From assembly GCF_009914755.1 (NCBI RefSeq), contig NC_060941.1: a stretch of DNA of 64,000 nt; one strand, given 5' to 3'. Shown one piece after another: positions 24,737-42,828 of the stretch (position 1 is the first letter of the stretch; each line of letters starts with the position of its first letter). Both the position numbers and the translations under genes were made by a program. The notes under the pieces were generated by a model. It was not told the origin of the DNA. It was given only the letters and a program-made list of their open reading frames with translations, and did no database searches. The stretch is from the human T2T-CHM13v2.0 reference genome, Homo sapiens.

Positions 24737-25808
24737 CTGTTGCAAACAAAACATGATGGTTACTGCACAGCCTAGTGAGGTCCTGATCTAATACTACGGC
24801 TTCCATCTGTGGTCTTTTAGCATCTGGGTCACTGAAAATTAAAGCCAAACCTCACTCTTCACCTTTCAATACCCAGCTCAATCCTTCTAGAATATGATGC
24901 CGAGGGGTGAGATTCATCAACATATGGGGAGATATTTTAAGAGTACTGTCCTCTCAACTCTTAGTTTCACTCAGAAAACAACTTTAATTCCTAATCACTA
25001 TTTATAGAGTATATGTAAAACACTTTTTGTCTCTTCAGACTTAAAACAGAGAAAAACCCACCATGAACCATGAATGAACTGTGTTCTTTAAAAAAGATGT
25101 TACTTTGGGGAAAAAAAAAAAAAAAAGATGTTACTTTGTTCCAGGATCTATATACAAACATTAGACAGTCTTCAAGAGTCCTACAATTTAAAAGAATCAC
25201 AGGAAATTTTCTAATTGTTACTTTTTTTTTGCTTTTTTGAGACAGGGTCTTGCTGTCACCCAGGCTGGAGTGCAGTGGCAAAATCACAGCTTACTGCAGC
25301 CTTGACATCCAAGGTTCAAGTGATCCTCTGACCTCAGCCTCCCGAGAGCTGGAACCACAGGCTTGCACCACCACACCAGGTTAATTTTTTTTTTTGTAGT
25401 GACGGAGTGTCATATTTCCCAGGCTGATCTCGAGCTCCGGGGCTCAAGTGATCCTGCCACTGTGCTGGGATTACAGGTGTGAGCCACCACGCCAGCTATT
25501 ATTTACTTTCCCTAAAAAACGTTTAAAAATGGCCAGACACAGTGGCTCACGTCTGTAATTGTAGCACTTTGGGAGGCCAAGGCGGTGGATCACTTGAACT
25601 CAGAAGTTCAAGACCAGTGGGCAACATGGGGAAACCCCATCTCTACTAAAAATACAAGTTAGCCAGGCATGGTGGCGTACGCCTATGGTCTCAGCTACTT
25701 GGGGAGCTGAGGCACGAGGATCACTTAAACCAGGGAGGTCGAGGCTACAGTGAGCCAAGATGGTGCCACTGCACTCCAGCATTGGTGACAAAGTGAGACC
25801 CTGTCTCA

Positions 25809-26153
<345 letters not shown>

Positions 26154-26346
26154 TTAATGGTAAAATTTAGTAGGGTTTTGAAAAAATATTTTCAGCTGGG
26201 CACAGTGGCTCACACCTATAATCCGTGCACTTCAGGAGACCAAGGCAGGAAGATCTCTTTAGCCTAGGAATTCGAGATCAGCCTGGCCAACACAGCGAGA
26301 CCCCATCCTAATTTAATAACGTGTGTGTGCACATATGCATATTAAA

Positions 26347-26352
<6 letters not shown>

Positions 26353-26381
<29 letters not shown>
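26353..26381. repeat. (TA)n microsatellite (another at ~37927-37947)
   Basis: Direct reading. Confidence 0.9.
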
Positions 26382-26390
<9 letters not shown>

Positions 26391-27225
26391 TTTCCCCCAC
26401 GGCAAGCCTAAAAAGGTTGGCAGATCTGGAAGACTACTGGACAAAGGGCATTACTTTCTAAGACAACTTGATGTTTATGCTGATGAAAGCCATCGTGAAG
26501 GTGAGTTATCATGCCTGGCCAACAGCACAGGCCCCTGCTTTAGACAAGGAGGATGACATGGCATGCTCTGCAGCAAACAAAGACCTGCTCCAACCATCCG
26601 CGGGACGGGAAGGAAGGCAGACAGGAACATGCCCATAAGTGTCCTAGCTTCTCCTCTCAGCAAAGACTGATGGTGCATTCTATAGCTTCTTTCTCTCTCA
26701 TTTCCTGCATTACCATCTCTTGTATTTAGCTCATTTTTTTTTTCCCCGAGATGAAGTTTCAATCTTGTGGCCCAGGCTGGAGTACAATGGCCCAATCTTG
26801 GCTCACTGCAACCTCTGCCTCTTGAGTTCAAGTGATTCTCCTGCCTCAGCCTCCTGAGTAGCTGGAATCACAGGCGCCCACCACCATACCCAGCTAATTT
26901 TCTTTTTTTTGAGACAGTCTTTTTCCGTTGCCCAGGGTGGAGTGCAGTGGCGCAATCTCGGCTCACTGCAACCTCCACTCACTGCAACCTCCGCCTCCCA
27001 GGTTCAGGCGATTCTCCTGTCTCAGCCTCCTGAGCAGCTGGGATTACAGGCGTGCACCACCAAGCCCAGCTAATTTTTGTATTTTTAGTAGAGACGGGGT
27101 TTCAACATGTTAGTCAATCTGGTCTTAAACGCCTACCTCAGGTGATCCACCTGCCTCAGCCTCCTAAAGTGCTGGGATTATAGGCATGAGCCACCAACCC
27201 TGGCCTAGCTGATTTTTTATAGTGA

Positions 27226-27366
<141 letters not shown>

Positions 27367-27949
27367 TGAGTATCTGGGATTACAAGTGCCTGCCACCACG
27401 CCTGGCTAATTTTTAGTATTTTTAGTAGAGATGGGATTTCACCACGTTGGCCAGGCTGGTCTCGAACTCCTGACCTCAAGTTATCCACCCACCTGGGCCT
27501 CCCAAAGTGCTGGGATTACAGGTGTGCACCACCACACCCGGCCTCCCTTATTTCCTTTTTCATAAATTCTATAACTATTTTCTGTGAGGTTACCACGAGT
27601 GTTACATTAAACATCCTCTTCAACCATTATGCAGATGAAAACTGTCACAAGCCATTGTCTAAAAAAGATTTCCACTGATACAGGACAAAACACCATAAAG
27701 GCTCAGTCTACTGGGATTTGTCCGCTTTTAGTAAAGTAACTAAGCCTAATCTAGATTTTCCTAAAATAGGATAACCCTGTCCTGCATTTTCCCATAACTT
27801 TCACTTGGCAGAAAAGGCTCCACCCAATATGTTCTCAACTTTTAAGTCAGGAGATTGAGACCATCCTGGCTAACACGGTGAAACCCCATCTCTACTAAAA
27901 ATACAAAACATTAGCCAGGCGTGGTGGAGGGCGCCTGTAGTCCCAGCTA

Positions 27950-28093
<144 letters not shown>

Positions 28094-29538
28094 TTATACT
28101 TCTAACGTCTAGTATACTTCATTCTAGATTCAATACCCCAGAAAAACGTTTTCACAATATATAGCATTAGGTAAATACTTCCACTTATTTGTTTCTAAAA
28201 TCTGTCTGCCAACACTTAGCTATCTTAAAAAGGAAAGCTCTGTTCTAATGAAGGGGAACATGTGAATGTTCCTTCAAACGATGACTCTGGAACAAGAGCA
28301 TGTTACCGCCATTCTTTACAGAGCTAAATGGTTCAGGCTGCAGAATTCTAAGGTGAAGAAGTCATCCTACTTGATCCTCTACCACAGAAGATGGGAGTCC
28401 AGGTTTCCAAGGCCAACTCCAGTATTTAACAAGAGACAAACATAATTTGTACGATGGAAAGTTCTGGCCTAGCCTCTGACACAGACTACAAAATGAAATA
28501 CACAGGAAGAGACAGACCTGACAACATGAACACACAGCCTCTTGGTAACTTAAGTTTCCCTATTTATAAGAAAATAAGACTAGAACGCTTCTTGGGGAAG
28601 TTGAAGAACTGGTGAGATACAGTTAAATCCACAGAAACTCTTTTCTCCCCCCAAGACAGAGTCTTGCTCTGTCACCCAGAGTGGGAGTGCGATGGCGCGA
28701 CCTGGGTTCACTGCAACCTTTGCCTGCCGAGTTCAAGCAATTCTCTTGCCTCAAGCCTCCCAAGTAGCTGGGATTATAGGCGCCCGCCACCGCGCCCAGC
28801 TAATTTTTTTTTTTTTTTTAAGAGTCTCACTCTGTCACCCAGGCTGGAGTGCAGTGGTGCGATCTCGGCTCACTGCAATCTCCGCCTCCCGGGTTCTAAC
28901 TTTTCTGCCTCAGCCTCCTGAGTGGCTGGGACTACAGGTGCACGCCACCACGCCCGGTTAATTTTTTGTATTTTTTTTTTTTAGTAGACGTGGGGTTTCA
29001 CCGTGTTGCCCAGGCTGGTCTCAAACTCCTGAGCTCAGGCAATCCACCTGCCTCGGCCTTCCAAAGTGCTAGGATTACAAACGTGAGCCACCACGCCCTA
29101 ATTTTTGTATTTTTAGTAAAGACGTGGTTTCACCATGTCGGCCAGGCTGGTCTCAACTCCTGACCTCATTATTCACCTGCCTCAGCCTCTCAAAGTGCTG
29201 GGATTACAGGTGTGAGCCACCATGCCCAGCCCAGAAACTTTTCAAAAGATCTCTTTCTTAAATTCAAAATAACTTTTTAAATCAATTTCAAAAGAAGAGT
29301 GTTTTAATTCCTCACAATCTGAGACATTCAACGAGATCCAATGCTGTCAATGAGAGCCTAGCCTTATACACTAGTGGGAAAAAAAAAATGGCCTTGTCTG
29401 AAACACTTTTCACTTGTCAATGGTTATTTTAACTCAGTTAAAAGTACAAAGGTAGTTTGAAAGAAGGTTTCAGTGCTAATTCCTAACCTATTTATAGGCA
29501 AAGTCACCAATGATTAACACTTTTTTTTTTTTTTTTGA

Positions 29539-29694
<156 letters not shown>

Positions 29695-30532
29695 TAGTAG
29701 AGACAGGGTTTCACCATGTTGGTCAGGCCAGTCTTGAACTCCTGACCTCGTGATCCGCCCGCCTCGGCCTCCCAAAGTGCTGGGATTACAGGCGTGAGCC
29801 ACTGCATGGCCACATTTTATTTTTCAAAGGAGTCAAAGGTTTCTTGGCCGGGCATGGTAGCTCAGGACTGTAATCCTAGCAATTTTGGGACCCCAAGGTA
29901 GGAGGATCCCTCGAGCTCAGAGACCAGCCTGTACAACATAGTAGAGACCTCATCTCTATAAAAAAATTTTTTTAATTAAAAAGATTTAAAGGCCAGGCGC
30001 GGTGGCTTATGCCTGTAATCCCAGCATTTTGGTATGCCAAGGCGGGCGGATCACGAGGTCAGAAGTTCGAGATCAACCGGGCCAACACGGTGAAACCCCA
30101 TCACCACTAAAAATAAAAAAGACATCAGCCATGCGTGTTGGCGAGCACCTGCAACCCCAGCTACTCGGCTGAGGCAGGAGAATTTCTTGAACCCGAGAGG
30201 CGGAGGTTGCAGTAAGCAGAGATCGCACCACTGAACTCCAGCCTGGGCGACAGAGTGAGACTCCATCTCAAAAAAATAAAATAAGGTTAAAAAAAAAAAA
30301 AAAAAAAAGGAGTCGACGTTTCCTAAGTTTCTCCTGGGCCATATATTCATTCCACTCATCTCCAGGTTGGGAAACATGGAGGCACCAAGAGGGCCCCTGA
30401 CTGGAGAGATGATGGAACCACCAGAGAACAGCCTTGCAAATAAGTGCTAGGTTCTCCTGGAGACCCATTTGTTTGTGTGTGTGAGACAGTCTCATTCTGT
30501 CGCCCAGGGTGGAGTCCAGTGACGCCACCTAG

Positions 30533-30652
<120 letters not shown>

Positions 30653-30947
30653 TAGACAACACCTGGCAAAACTGCAGAGACTGTCACAATGCTACAGTAT
30701 GAACATTACTCTTCACCCAATACTGCTAAGCTTCCCCCAGAAATCCCAAATCTTCCTTAATATTAACCAAAATGCTCCTGTCCAATGGTCAGTTAGTTTT
30801 TTTCCCATCACATTTACTTTTGGGAAGAAACTTCTCACAACTTAACGAGGGACTGGTTTTCTCTGATTTGTCACTGATATTTTTTACGTTAAGGAGGTGT
30901 GTGTGACAATTTTTTTTTTTTTTTTGAGACGCAGTCTCGCTCTATAG

Positions 30948-31142
<195 letters not shown>

Positions 31143-31599
31143 TGATCCACCCGCCTCGGCCTCCCAAAGTGCTGACATCACAGGCGTGAGCCACTGCGCC
31201 GGGCCGACAATTTCAATTTCAGGTAAAAAGTGAAATCAACATCATTTACAACATTCCTTTTAAAGAGGAATTGTCAAGTTGTCCTTCCAAGTAAGGAGCA
31301 AAGCCGGCAAGTTACTGTGTTTTCATTTTCCCAGGTCTTCTGGTGGGGAGGGAGCTCTGTAACGTCCCCGTCTGCAGAGCTGCTCTCCTTAGTGACTCAT
31401 GACAAGGCACTTGCTGGGAAGCGGGAGAGCAGGAGGAGAGAATCAGAGGGAGATTAGGATAAGAGGTGTCCCTGGCTCTGAGAGGGGCAGGACTGGCTGG
31501 GAGTCCCTGGAATTAGACCAGGAAGTCTCCTGGAGCCGGGAAACGGGTGGGGAAGGAGGGCGGTTTCTCTTCGCCACAGTCCATTCTCCCTGCTTAGAA

Positions 31600-32250
31600 A
31601 GGCTCGGCCTTTCCCTGCCCAGGGCGGGGAACCGGGGTCGTAAGTCCCCCGGGGAGGGACACGGACGGGAAGCAGCCGAGGGGGGTGAAAGTCCCCGAGA
31701 GGGGCCCAGCCACTACAGAGAAAGCCCTGGCGAGAGAAGGGAAAGGGGCCGAGTCGCGGCGCCGGCAGGCCCGCCTCCCCCACAGGCCGAGGCCGGCAAA
31801 TCTGCTGCCTCATCCCGGCGTCCCCGCTCCCGCCCGGCCGCCGCACTCACGATGCTCTCGGCCATGGCGGCTGCTCCTGCCTCCGGGCTCGAGCCCCGGG
31901 CCGCCGCCGCCTGCCGCCCCAAGGGCCTCGCAGACCCGGCCGCGGCCTCAGCCCCGGCCCCGGCCTCCCTACGCCGCCGCCACCGCCGCTCCAGCTTCGC
32001 CCGCCCGGCTCCGCCAGCCGCCGACGTCCCGGTGCCTCGCTCAATACGCTCCCCTCGGGCGCGAGGCCGGGAAACCAGGTTCCGGCCCCACCAGCGGCTC
32101 GACGCATGCGCAGGGCGGCGCCGCTGACCCGCCCCCGCCATCCCTGCAACTGGAGGAGGGGATTTTGGAAAGATGCGTCTGAGATTACTTCTGCTCGTCC
32201 TCGGAAACCCAAGCGGCACAGGAAAGTCCAAAAAGGAAGCAAAGACGAGC
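31600..32250. promoter_or_regulatory. CpG-island promoter of NPLOC4, probably bidirectional with the long TSPAN10 isoform
   Basis: Very GC/CpG rich; NRF1-like ACGCATGCGCA at 32102-32112; GC box GGGCGG at 32113-32118. Confidence 0.9.
31851..31865 (-). CDS. NPLOC4: NPL4 homolog (VCP/p97 ubiquitin-recognition cofactor), coding exon 1 (MAESI)
   Basis: GCCGCCATGG Kozak ATG at 31865-31863 inside a CpG island; 15 nt, then donor gtgagt at 31850-31845. Confidence 0.97.
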
Positions 32251-32333
32251 ATCCGAAGTCTCACCCAAAAATAACTACTGCTGCGTATTATAGCGTATTA
32301 TAATTGGGGAAACAGCATTCCAAACTTCTCTCC

Positions 32334-32341
32334 ATGCACAG
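32334..32341 (+). CDS. TSPAN10: TSPAN10 long-isoform first exon, coding part (ATG CAC AG)
   Basis: Perfect CAG|GTAAGT donor at 32341/32342; splicing to 37237 adds exactly 38 in-frame codons ahead of the 37343 ATG. Confidence 0.65.
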
Positions 32342-32384
32342 GTAAGTAGAGAAACAATTTCAGGAAGGCAGGATCACACCTTCA

Positions 32385-32570
<186 letters not shown>

Positions 32571-33060
32571 TCAAAATACAAAATTAGGCCATACGCGGTG
32601 GCTCACGCCTGTAATCCCAGCACTTTGGGAGGCCGAGGCAGGTGGATCACCTGAGGTCAGGAGTTCAAGACCAGCCTGACCAACGTGGTGAAACCCCGTC
32701 TCTACTAAAAATACAAAAATTAACTGGGCGTGGTGGCGGGCACCTGTAATCCCAGCTACTCGGGAGTCTGAGGCCGGAGAATCTCTTGAAGCGAAGAGGC
32801 GGAGGTTAGAATGAACTGAGTTGGTGCCACTGCACTCCAGTCTGGGCGACAGAGTGAGACTTCATCTCAAAAAAAAAAAAAAAAGACGTCACTTCACAGA
32901 TTCTAAGGATTTTTGGAGTTGGATACCAGGAAACCGGAAGACTAAATGTATACATATTTCACAACATCACAATTACTGTGACAGTTTTTTTAAACTATGT
33001 TAAATTACATTAATTGATTAAATTATGTTAGTAATTGTATTAGTTTGCTCAGGGTGCCAC

Positions 33061-34271
<1,211 letters not shown>

Positions 34272-34553
34272 TGAGATTACAAGCGTGCGCTACCACGCCC
34301 GGCTAATTTTTATATCTTTAGTAGAGACAGGGTTTCACCATGTTGGTAAGGCTGGTCTCGATCTCCTGACCTCGTGATCCACCCGCCTCAGCCTCCCAAA
34401 GTGCTGGGATTATAGGCATGAGCCACCATGCCCGGCCTGGAATTACTTCCTAACAGTCCTGGAAGCTAGAATCCCAGATCAAGGTGTCAGTAGACGTGGT
34501 TTCTCCTTTGTTTTCTTCTTTTTTTTTTCTTTTAAGGCTGGGGTCTTGGCCGG

Positions 34554-34661
34554 GCGCGGTGGCTCACGCCTGTCATCCCAGCGCGGTGGCTCACGCCTGT
34601 CATCCCAGCACGGTGGCTCATGCCTGTCATCCCAGCGCGGTGGCTCACGCCTGTCATCCCA
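34554..34661 (+). repeat. Alu-derived minisatellite, 4 x 27 bp
   Basis: Unit GCGCGGTGGCTCACGCCTGTCATCCCA at 34554, 34581, 34608 and 34635. Confidence 0.95.
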
Positions 34662-34691
34662 GCACTTTGAGAGGCCGAGGCAGGTGGATCA

Positions 34692-35637
<946 letters not shown>

Positions 35638-37153
35638 TAAGTGCTGGAATTACAGGTGTGAGCTACCGCGCCCAGCCCCTAATGGCCTTTAAAGGCCCTG
35701 TCTCCAAGTCCCATTCTGAGGTCCGGGGGGCTAGAACTTTATCATAAGAATGTAAGGGGCACAATTCAGCCATAACAGTGGTAGATGATGATCGTTTCAT
35801 TAAAAGATTACCCAGACTTTGGCCGGGCGTGGTGGCTCACGCCTGTAATCCCAGCACTTTGGGAGGAGGAGGCGGGCAGATCACTTGAGGTCAGGAGGTC
35901 GAGACCAGACTGGCCAACATGGTGAAACCCCATCTCTACTAAAAATACAAAATCAGTCAGGTGTGGCGCCTGCAATCCTAGTTACTCAGGAGGCCAAGGC
36001 AGGAGCATCGCTTGAACCCAGGAGGCAGAGGTTGCGGTGAGTCAAAATCGTGCCACTGCATTCCAGCCTCAGCAACAGAGCGAGACTCTTGTCTCAAAAA
36101 AGAAAAGGTTACCCATCCTTAGAACAGACTGAGTTGGAGGCCGTGGACAGTCCCTGTGACCGTGACCCTGGCTGTGGAGCTGCTGCAGGGCCCATGAGGT
36201 TGGGTTTGTCACCTTTGGGGAGGTGAAGGGAAGCTGGAGCCCAGAAGCTCAGCCTGCAGCTCTGGTCCTCGCCCCGACTTCCCACCTGCAGCATATCCCA
36301 CTTCTCCGAGGAAGATCTGAAGACTCAGAGTGGCCTTCAAGGCCTCACCTGATCCAGCCCTGTCACCTCATGGACCTCCCTCCCACCCCCATCTCCGCTT
36401 GCCCCACACAGCCAGGTGACCTTTCCTCCTAAAACTTGCCCGGTGTGCTCCCACCCAGGCGTCTCACGCGCGCCTGAAACCCTCTGCCTGCTCCATCAGT
36501 ACATTGCCTGCTGTGCTGCACCACCCAGACCACCTCTTTGGACTGCTGAGTGTTGGTGGCTGAGTCCGGGCACAGTGGCTCCAGCCTGTAATCCCAGCAC
36601 TTTGGAAGGCCAAGGCAGGAGAATCACTTGAGTCCAGGGGTTCAAGACCAGCCTGGGCAGCACAGCAGAACCCTGTCTCTACAAAAAAAATTCAAAAATG
36701 AGTGAGGCAAGGTGGCGTACATCTGTAGTCCCGGGAGGCGAGGTTGCAGTGAGCCGAGATTGCGCCATTGCACTCCAGCCTGGGCAACAAGAGCGAAACT
36801 CAGTCTCAAAAACAAAAACAAGGAGGTGATCTGGTGGGGGGACGCTGTTTCATTCGTGCAGTGAACAAGCCAGGGGATAGATTGGCGCTGGGGCTGCCCA
36901 TGGGTCTCTTGGGATTGGGGTTGTGAACCAATTTACCAGGGTCTGATTCCCTGGTTGGGAGCTGATGGAGCGGCTGCTGACCCTGCAGAGCTGAAGTCCG
37001 CATGGGGGGCTGCAGTGAGAGCCACAAGGCTGGCACCCAAACATGCCTGCCTGAGTCACACCTGCGCTGAGCTTAGGGGACCCACAGAGCCAGGGCTGGG
37101 GAGAAATATATCTCCACAAGCAGAGGCCTCCTTAAGCTCTAAAATGTGATTCT

Positions 37154-37165
37154 TCACATGACTCA
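37154..37165 (-). promoter_or_regulatory. MITF M-box overlapping an AP-1 site, proximal TSPAN10 promoter
   Basis: TCACATGACT (reverse complement AGTCATGTGA) at 37154-37163; TGACTCA at 37159-37165; about 180 bp upstream of the ATG. Confidence 0.6.
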
Positions 37166-37236
37166 ACTGTGACTCCGGCATCTGGGTAGGGCTCGCACCT
37201 CCCCCATTCCCATGCCCAGGGCTGCACTGTTCACAG

Positions 37237-37342
37237 ACTAGCCCAGGGCCGCAGTCAGGACCAGCCCAGCAGCCCAGCCACAGAGGAGCCAGCGAACCTC
37301 TCCCGGCGCCTGTGCTGGGGGCTTTCTGTTCCAGCGTCAAGG
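37237..37342 (+). CDS. TSPAN10: TSPAN10 long-isoform N-terminal extension (overlaps the 5'UTR of the short isoform)
   Basis: ttcacag acceptor at 37235-36; 106 nt open, reading LAQGRSQDQPSSPATEEPANLSRRLCWGLSVPASR into MEEG. Confidence 0.62.
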
Positions 37343-37378
37343 ATGGAGGAGGGGGAGAGGAGCCCCTTACTGTCCCAG
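37343..37378 (+). CDS. TSPAN10: Tetraspanin-10 (oculospanin), first coding segment of the 355-aa form (MEEGERSPLLSQ)
   Basis: AGGATGG start; 36 nt; CAG|gtgagc donor. Confidence 0.93.
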
Positions 37379-37591
37379 GTGAGCCATGCCAAGTGGCCTT
37401 GCCCTGAGGTTGGAGATGTCCCCAGCCCTGAAGTCCTAAGGGAAGTCCCTGGGCTGGGTTCACACCCACCCCTGCCCCTGGTGCCACCCCACACCTCAAT
37501 GCTGAGATTGGGTTGAGGGGGGTGGTTCTAGGCAGCCCCCTCCCCCTTCCCCACTGCACAGTTCTCTCAGCCCCATGCTGGCCTCTGGTCA

Positions 37592-38104
<513 letters not shown>

Positions 38105-38255
38105 TAGTCGAGACAGGGTTTTACCATGTTGGCTAGGATGGTCTCGATCTCCTGACCTCGTGATCCACCCGCCTCGGCCTCCCAAAGTGCTGGGATTACA
38201 GGCATGAGCCACCGTGCCCGGCCTACAAAAAATAATTTTAAAAAATTACCGGGAC

Positions 38256-38676
<421 letters not shown>

Positions 38677-38694
38677 TCAGCTTCTTCCTGGTGA

Positions 38695-39013
<319 letters not shown>

Positions 39014-39919
39014 TGATCCACCCACCTCAGCCTCCCAAAGTGCTGGGATGACAGGCGTGAGCCACAACGTCCAGCCCGGCCATAGCTTCTTATTCTCCTT
39101 TTTAAAAAAACTCTTCCCGGCAGAACTGGGCACCTGCGGGGCTGCCTCTTCCCCCACAGAGAGAGACCAGCAGGCCTTTCCTGCCAGTGGGCCAGGGGGT
39201 CCCCTCTGAAGGCCCTGCAGCCTCCAGACGGTCTTCCTGGGCTCTTGGGCACCCTCCTCCCTGTCCTGGGAGCCTGTTGGGCAGGGCACTGTCCTGTCCT
39301 CGGCAGCAGGGCCCAGTGCCGTGTCCACACTCAGTGCGGGCCGTTGGTGGGGCCGAAGAATGGGTGCTGGGATGTGAGGACTGGTTTCAGAGGGGAAAGA
39401 AAAGGGCAGCCGTGTGGGCCAGCCCCTGTGGCTGGTGAGGAAGCCCCTCTACACAAGTTCCATGCTGCAGGCACACACAGACTGATCCACGCAGATGCTG
39501 TTTCAAACTCTGGGGACGCAGCCCCGCCTGTGTGCTGCGGGAAAGCCAGGGCGACCCTGACCCGGGGAGGCCGCAGACACCCACGCATAGGACCAGGAGG
39601 GAGTGGGTGTGTTCACTGAGCACCGCCCTGCTTGGTCTTCACCACAGCCTTTCAGAGTCTGCTCATCACCCTGTTCTAAAGGTGGGGTCCCACCAGAGCT
39701 GGGACCCTCACTGCCCCTTCTGCTGCTCAGCCGAGCGGGACGGCCCTGAGGGCCCCCTGCCCCTGGCTGTCCGCATCTCTGAGCTCCAGTGCTGCCCTCC
39801 GCCATCCGGCATCCTCCCATCCCTCGAAGGCTCTGCCACCATGCTCTTCCCTGACCCCTCACCAGTTGTCACAGAGTCTGGGTGAATGCGGTCTCACCCT
39901 GTTCCTCTTCCCTCTGCAG

Positions 39920-40557
39920 GAAACTGCAGGCCAGAAGCCCCTCTCTGTGCACAGGCCACCCACCTCAGGCTGCCTAGGTCCAGTGCCCAGGGAGGACCAG
40001 GCGGAGGCCTGGGGCTGCAGCTGCTGTCCCCCGGAGACCAAGCACCAGGCCTTGAGTGGCACCCCCAAGAAAGGACCAGCCCCTTCCCTCTCCCCAGGGA
40101 GCAGCTGCGTCAAGTATCTGATCTTCCTCTCCAACTTCCCCTTCTCCCTGCTGGGGCTGCTGGCCCTGGCCATCGGGCTCTGGGGCCTGGCTGTCAAGGG
40201 GTCTCTGGGAAGTGATCTGGGGGGGCCCCTGCCCGCAGACCCCATGCTGGGGCTGGCACTGGGAGGGCTGGTGGTCAGCGCAGTGAGCCTGGCTGGCTGC
40301 CTGGGCGCCCTCTGTGAGAACACCTGCCTGTTACGTGGCTTCTCTGGGGGCATCCTTGCCTTCCTGGTGCTTGAGGCCGTGGCGGGGGCCCTGGTGGTGG
40401 CCCTCTGGGGCCCGCTGCAAGACAGCCTGGAGCACACCCTGCGTGTGGCCATCGCCCACTACCAGGACGACCCAGACCTGCGCTTCCTCCTCGACCAAGT
40501 CCAGCTCGGGCTGAGGTGCTGCGGAGCTGCCTCCTACCAGGACTGGCAGCAGAACCT
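39920..40557 (+). CDS. TSPAN10: TSPAN10 large exon (TM1-TM3, start of large extracellular loop with CCG motif)
   Basis: Pyrimidine tract + cag acceptor; 638 nt; gtgagt donor; ORF 39866..40561. Confidence 0.97.
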
Positions 40558-40604
40558 GTGAGTCTTGGAGTGGGCGAGGGACAGGGCCACCACAGGGTCG
40601 CAGA

Positions 40605-40870
40605 GGCCACACACCCTTGTGCGTGTACACACAGTCACTCACACGTACATACTCATTCGTGCATGCCCACATGCATGCACACGTATACCCACATGTACAC
40701 GCATATCCACACTGGCACGTCTCGTGCTCACAGGTTTCACGTGTGTGGACACACACCTACACACTCCTCTACACTGACATGAACATGTTCTTGTGCACAC
40801 ACAAAACAGCCTCACACTCAGGCACACACTCACACTCAAACATGTTCATACACACACGTGTCATGCACAC
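40605..40870 (+). repeat. Degenerate (CA)-rich tract
   Basis: Low-complexity CACA/CATG runs just after the TSPAN10 donor at 40558. Confidence 0.85.
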
Positions 40871-40997
40871 AAGGTATAGGGGTGCTTGCCTCTCCTTGTT
40901 CTATGGGCTCAGGGCCCCAATCAGCCCTGCGGCCCCCAGAACGTGCAGGGTGACTCTGTTCCCCCCGCCAGGGCCAGGAGGACTACCCAGGAGCTTA

Positions 40998-41210
<213 letters not shown>

Positions 41211-41388
41211 TCAGGAGGCCGAGGCAGGAGAATGACTTGAATCCAGGAGGTGGAGGTTGCAGCCAAAACAGCACCACTGCATTCCAGCATGGGCAACAGA
41301 GCGAGCATCCATCTCAAAGAAAAAAGGCCGGGCGCGGTAGCTCACGCCTGTAATCCTAGCACTTTGGGAGGCCGAGGCGGGCGGATCA

Positions 41389-41748
<360 letters not shown>

Positions 41749-42828
41749 TCAAGGGTAGCTGTCTTTTTGTTGGTTTGTTTGTTTGTTTTTTTGAGACGGA
41801 GTCTCCCTCTCGCCCAGGCTGGAGTGCAGTGGCTCGATCTCGGCTCACTGCAAAGAGGGTAGCTGTCTGTTTTATCAGCTATCCCCAGTGCATGCACACC
41901 CCAAGCAGCACCTACTCTCCATGCCACACCCAGGACAGACGATATGCACTCTGTCTCCCAAGCCTTCTTGGTGCATGTATCCAGGAGCAGCTGAACACAA
42001 GAGATGAAGTCATAGGCAACCCTGAAAACTGGCCATTGGGACCCAGCAGTGGCTAACAGGCGGGTCCTTCCAGACTCTGCAAAGCACCACATAGGTTGGT
42101 TTTTGGCCACGTGTGACTGGGTTGGTGGCAGTCCCCCTAGAGTGTCGTGATGCCACGTCTGCTGCTGGCCTCGTCCCCATCCCCTGCCTAAGTGGGGCAT
42201 ACTCTTCTAGAGTGGAGAGGGCATGGGGATGAGCCTGCAGGTCTGCTGGGCCCGTGTGCAGAGCCCCAGACATCAGTGGATGCCTAGGGCACCTGGGGAC
42301 TGCCTGACCTGGGCTGTGATGAGATCAACACTCCCTAGCTACCCTGGGAGCTCCTCCCCCACCCCTGCTTTCTGTCACTGCCAGGTACTGCCTCTCAAGC
42401 CCTTGCTCTTCCCAGTAAGACCTGTGGACCATTCCAGAAGCCTCTGCCAGAGTTCCATCCACCCTCCCCTGCTCCAACTCTACCTTCTCAATGAGCTCAG
42501 CAGCCTCTGCGGAGGGAGGTCCTCTTATCAATGCTTGTCTGTTCCCCCTTCAACCGTCTCACTAAATATCCTCCTGCTAGTCAACACAGCCACCACCCCT
42601 ACCTGCAAGCGCAGAGGACTGCCGTGCACAGGGATACGTTATAGAGAGCCAGGTGCTGTGTGTGTCCGTGTGTGCAGGTGTGTGCGAATAGGAGGGCGTA
42701 TGCACGTGTGTGCATGTGCCTGTGTGGCCATGGAAGGGTGAAGGTGGGTAGGCGACATTCGCCTCTGTGCCTGGTCCCAGAAGAGCGGGCCCTCCCCGCC
42801 AGAACTGACGATTCCATGCGCCTTGCAG

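Noticed and set aside
31399-32264. Long ORFs (242, 183, 165 aa) over the NPLOC4 promoter
   Set aside because: CpG-island artefacts, mostly with non-ATG starts; only MAESI is supported as coding.
34554-34661. CRISPR-like regular repeats (also 47015-47175)
   Set aside because: Eukaryotic tandem repeats without unique spacers; no cas genes.
39859-40452. 197-aa antisense ORF over TSPAN10
   Set aside because: Shadow frame of a GC-rich coding exon.
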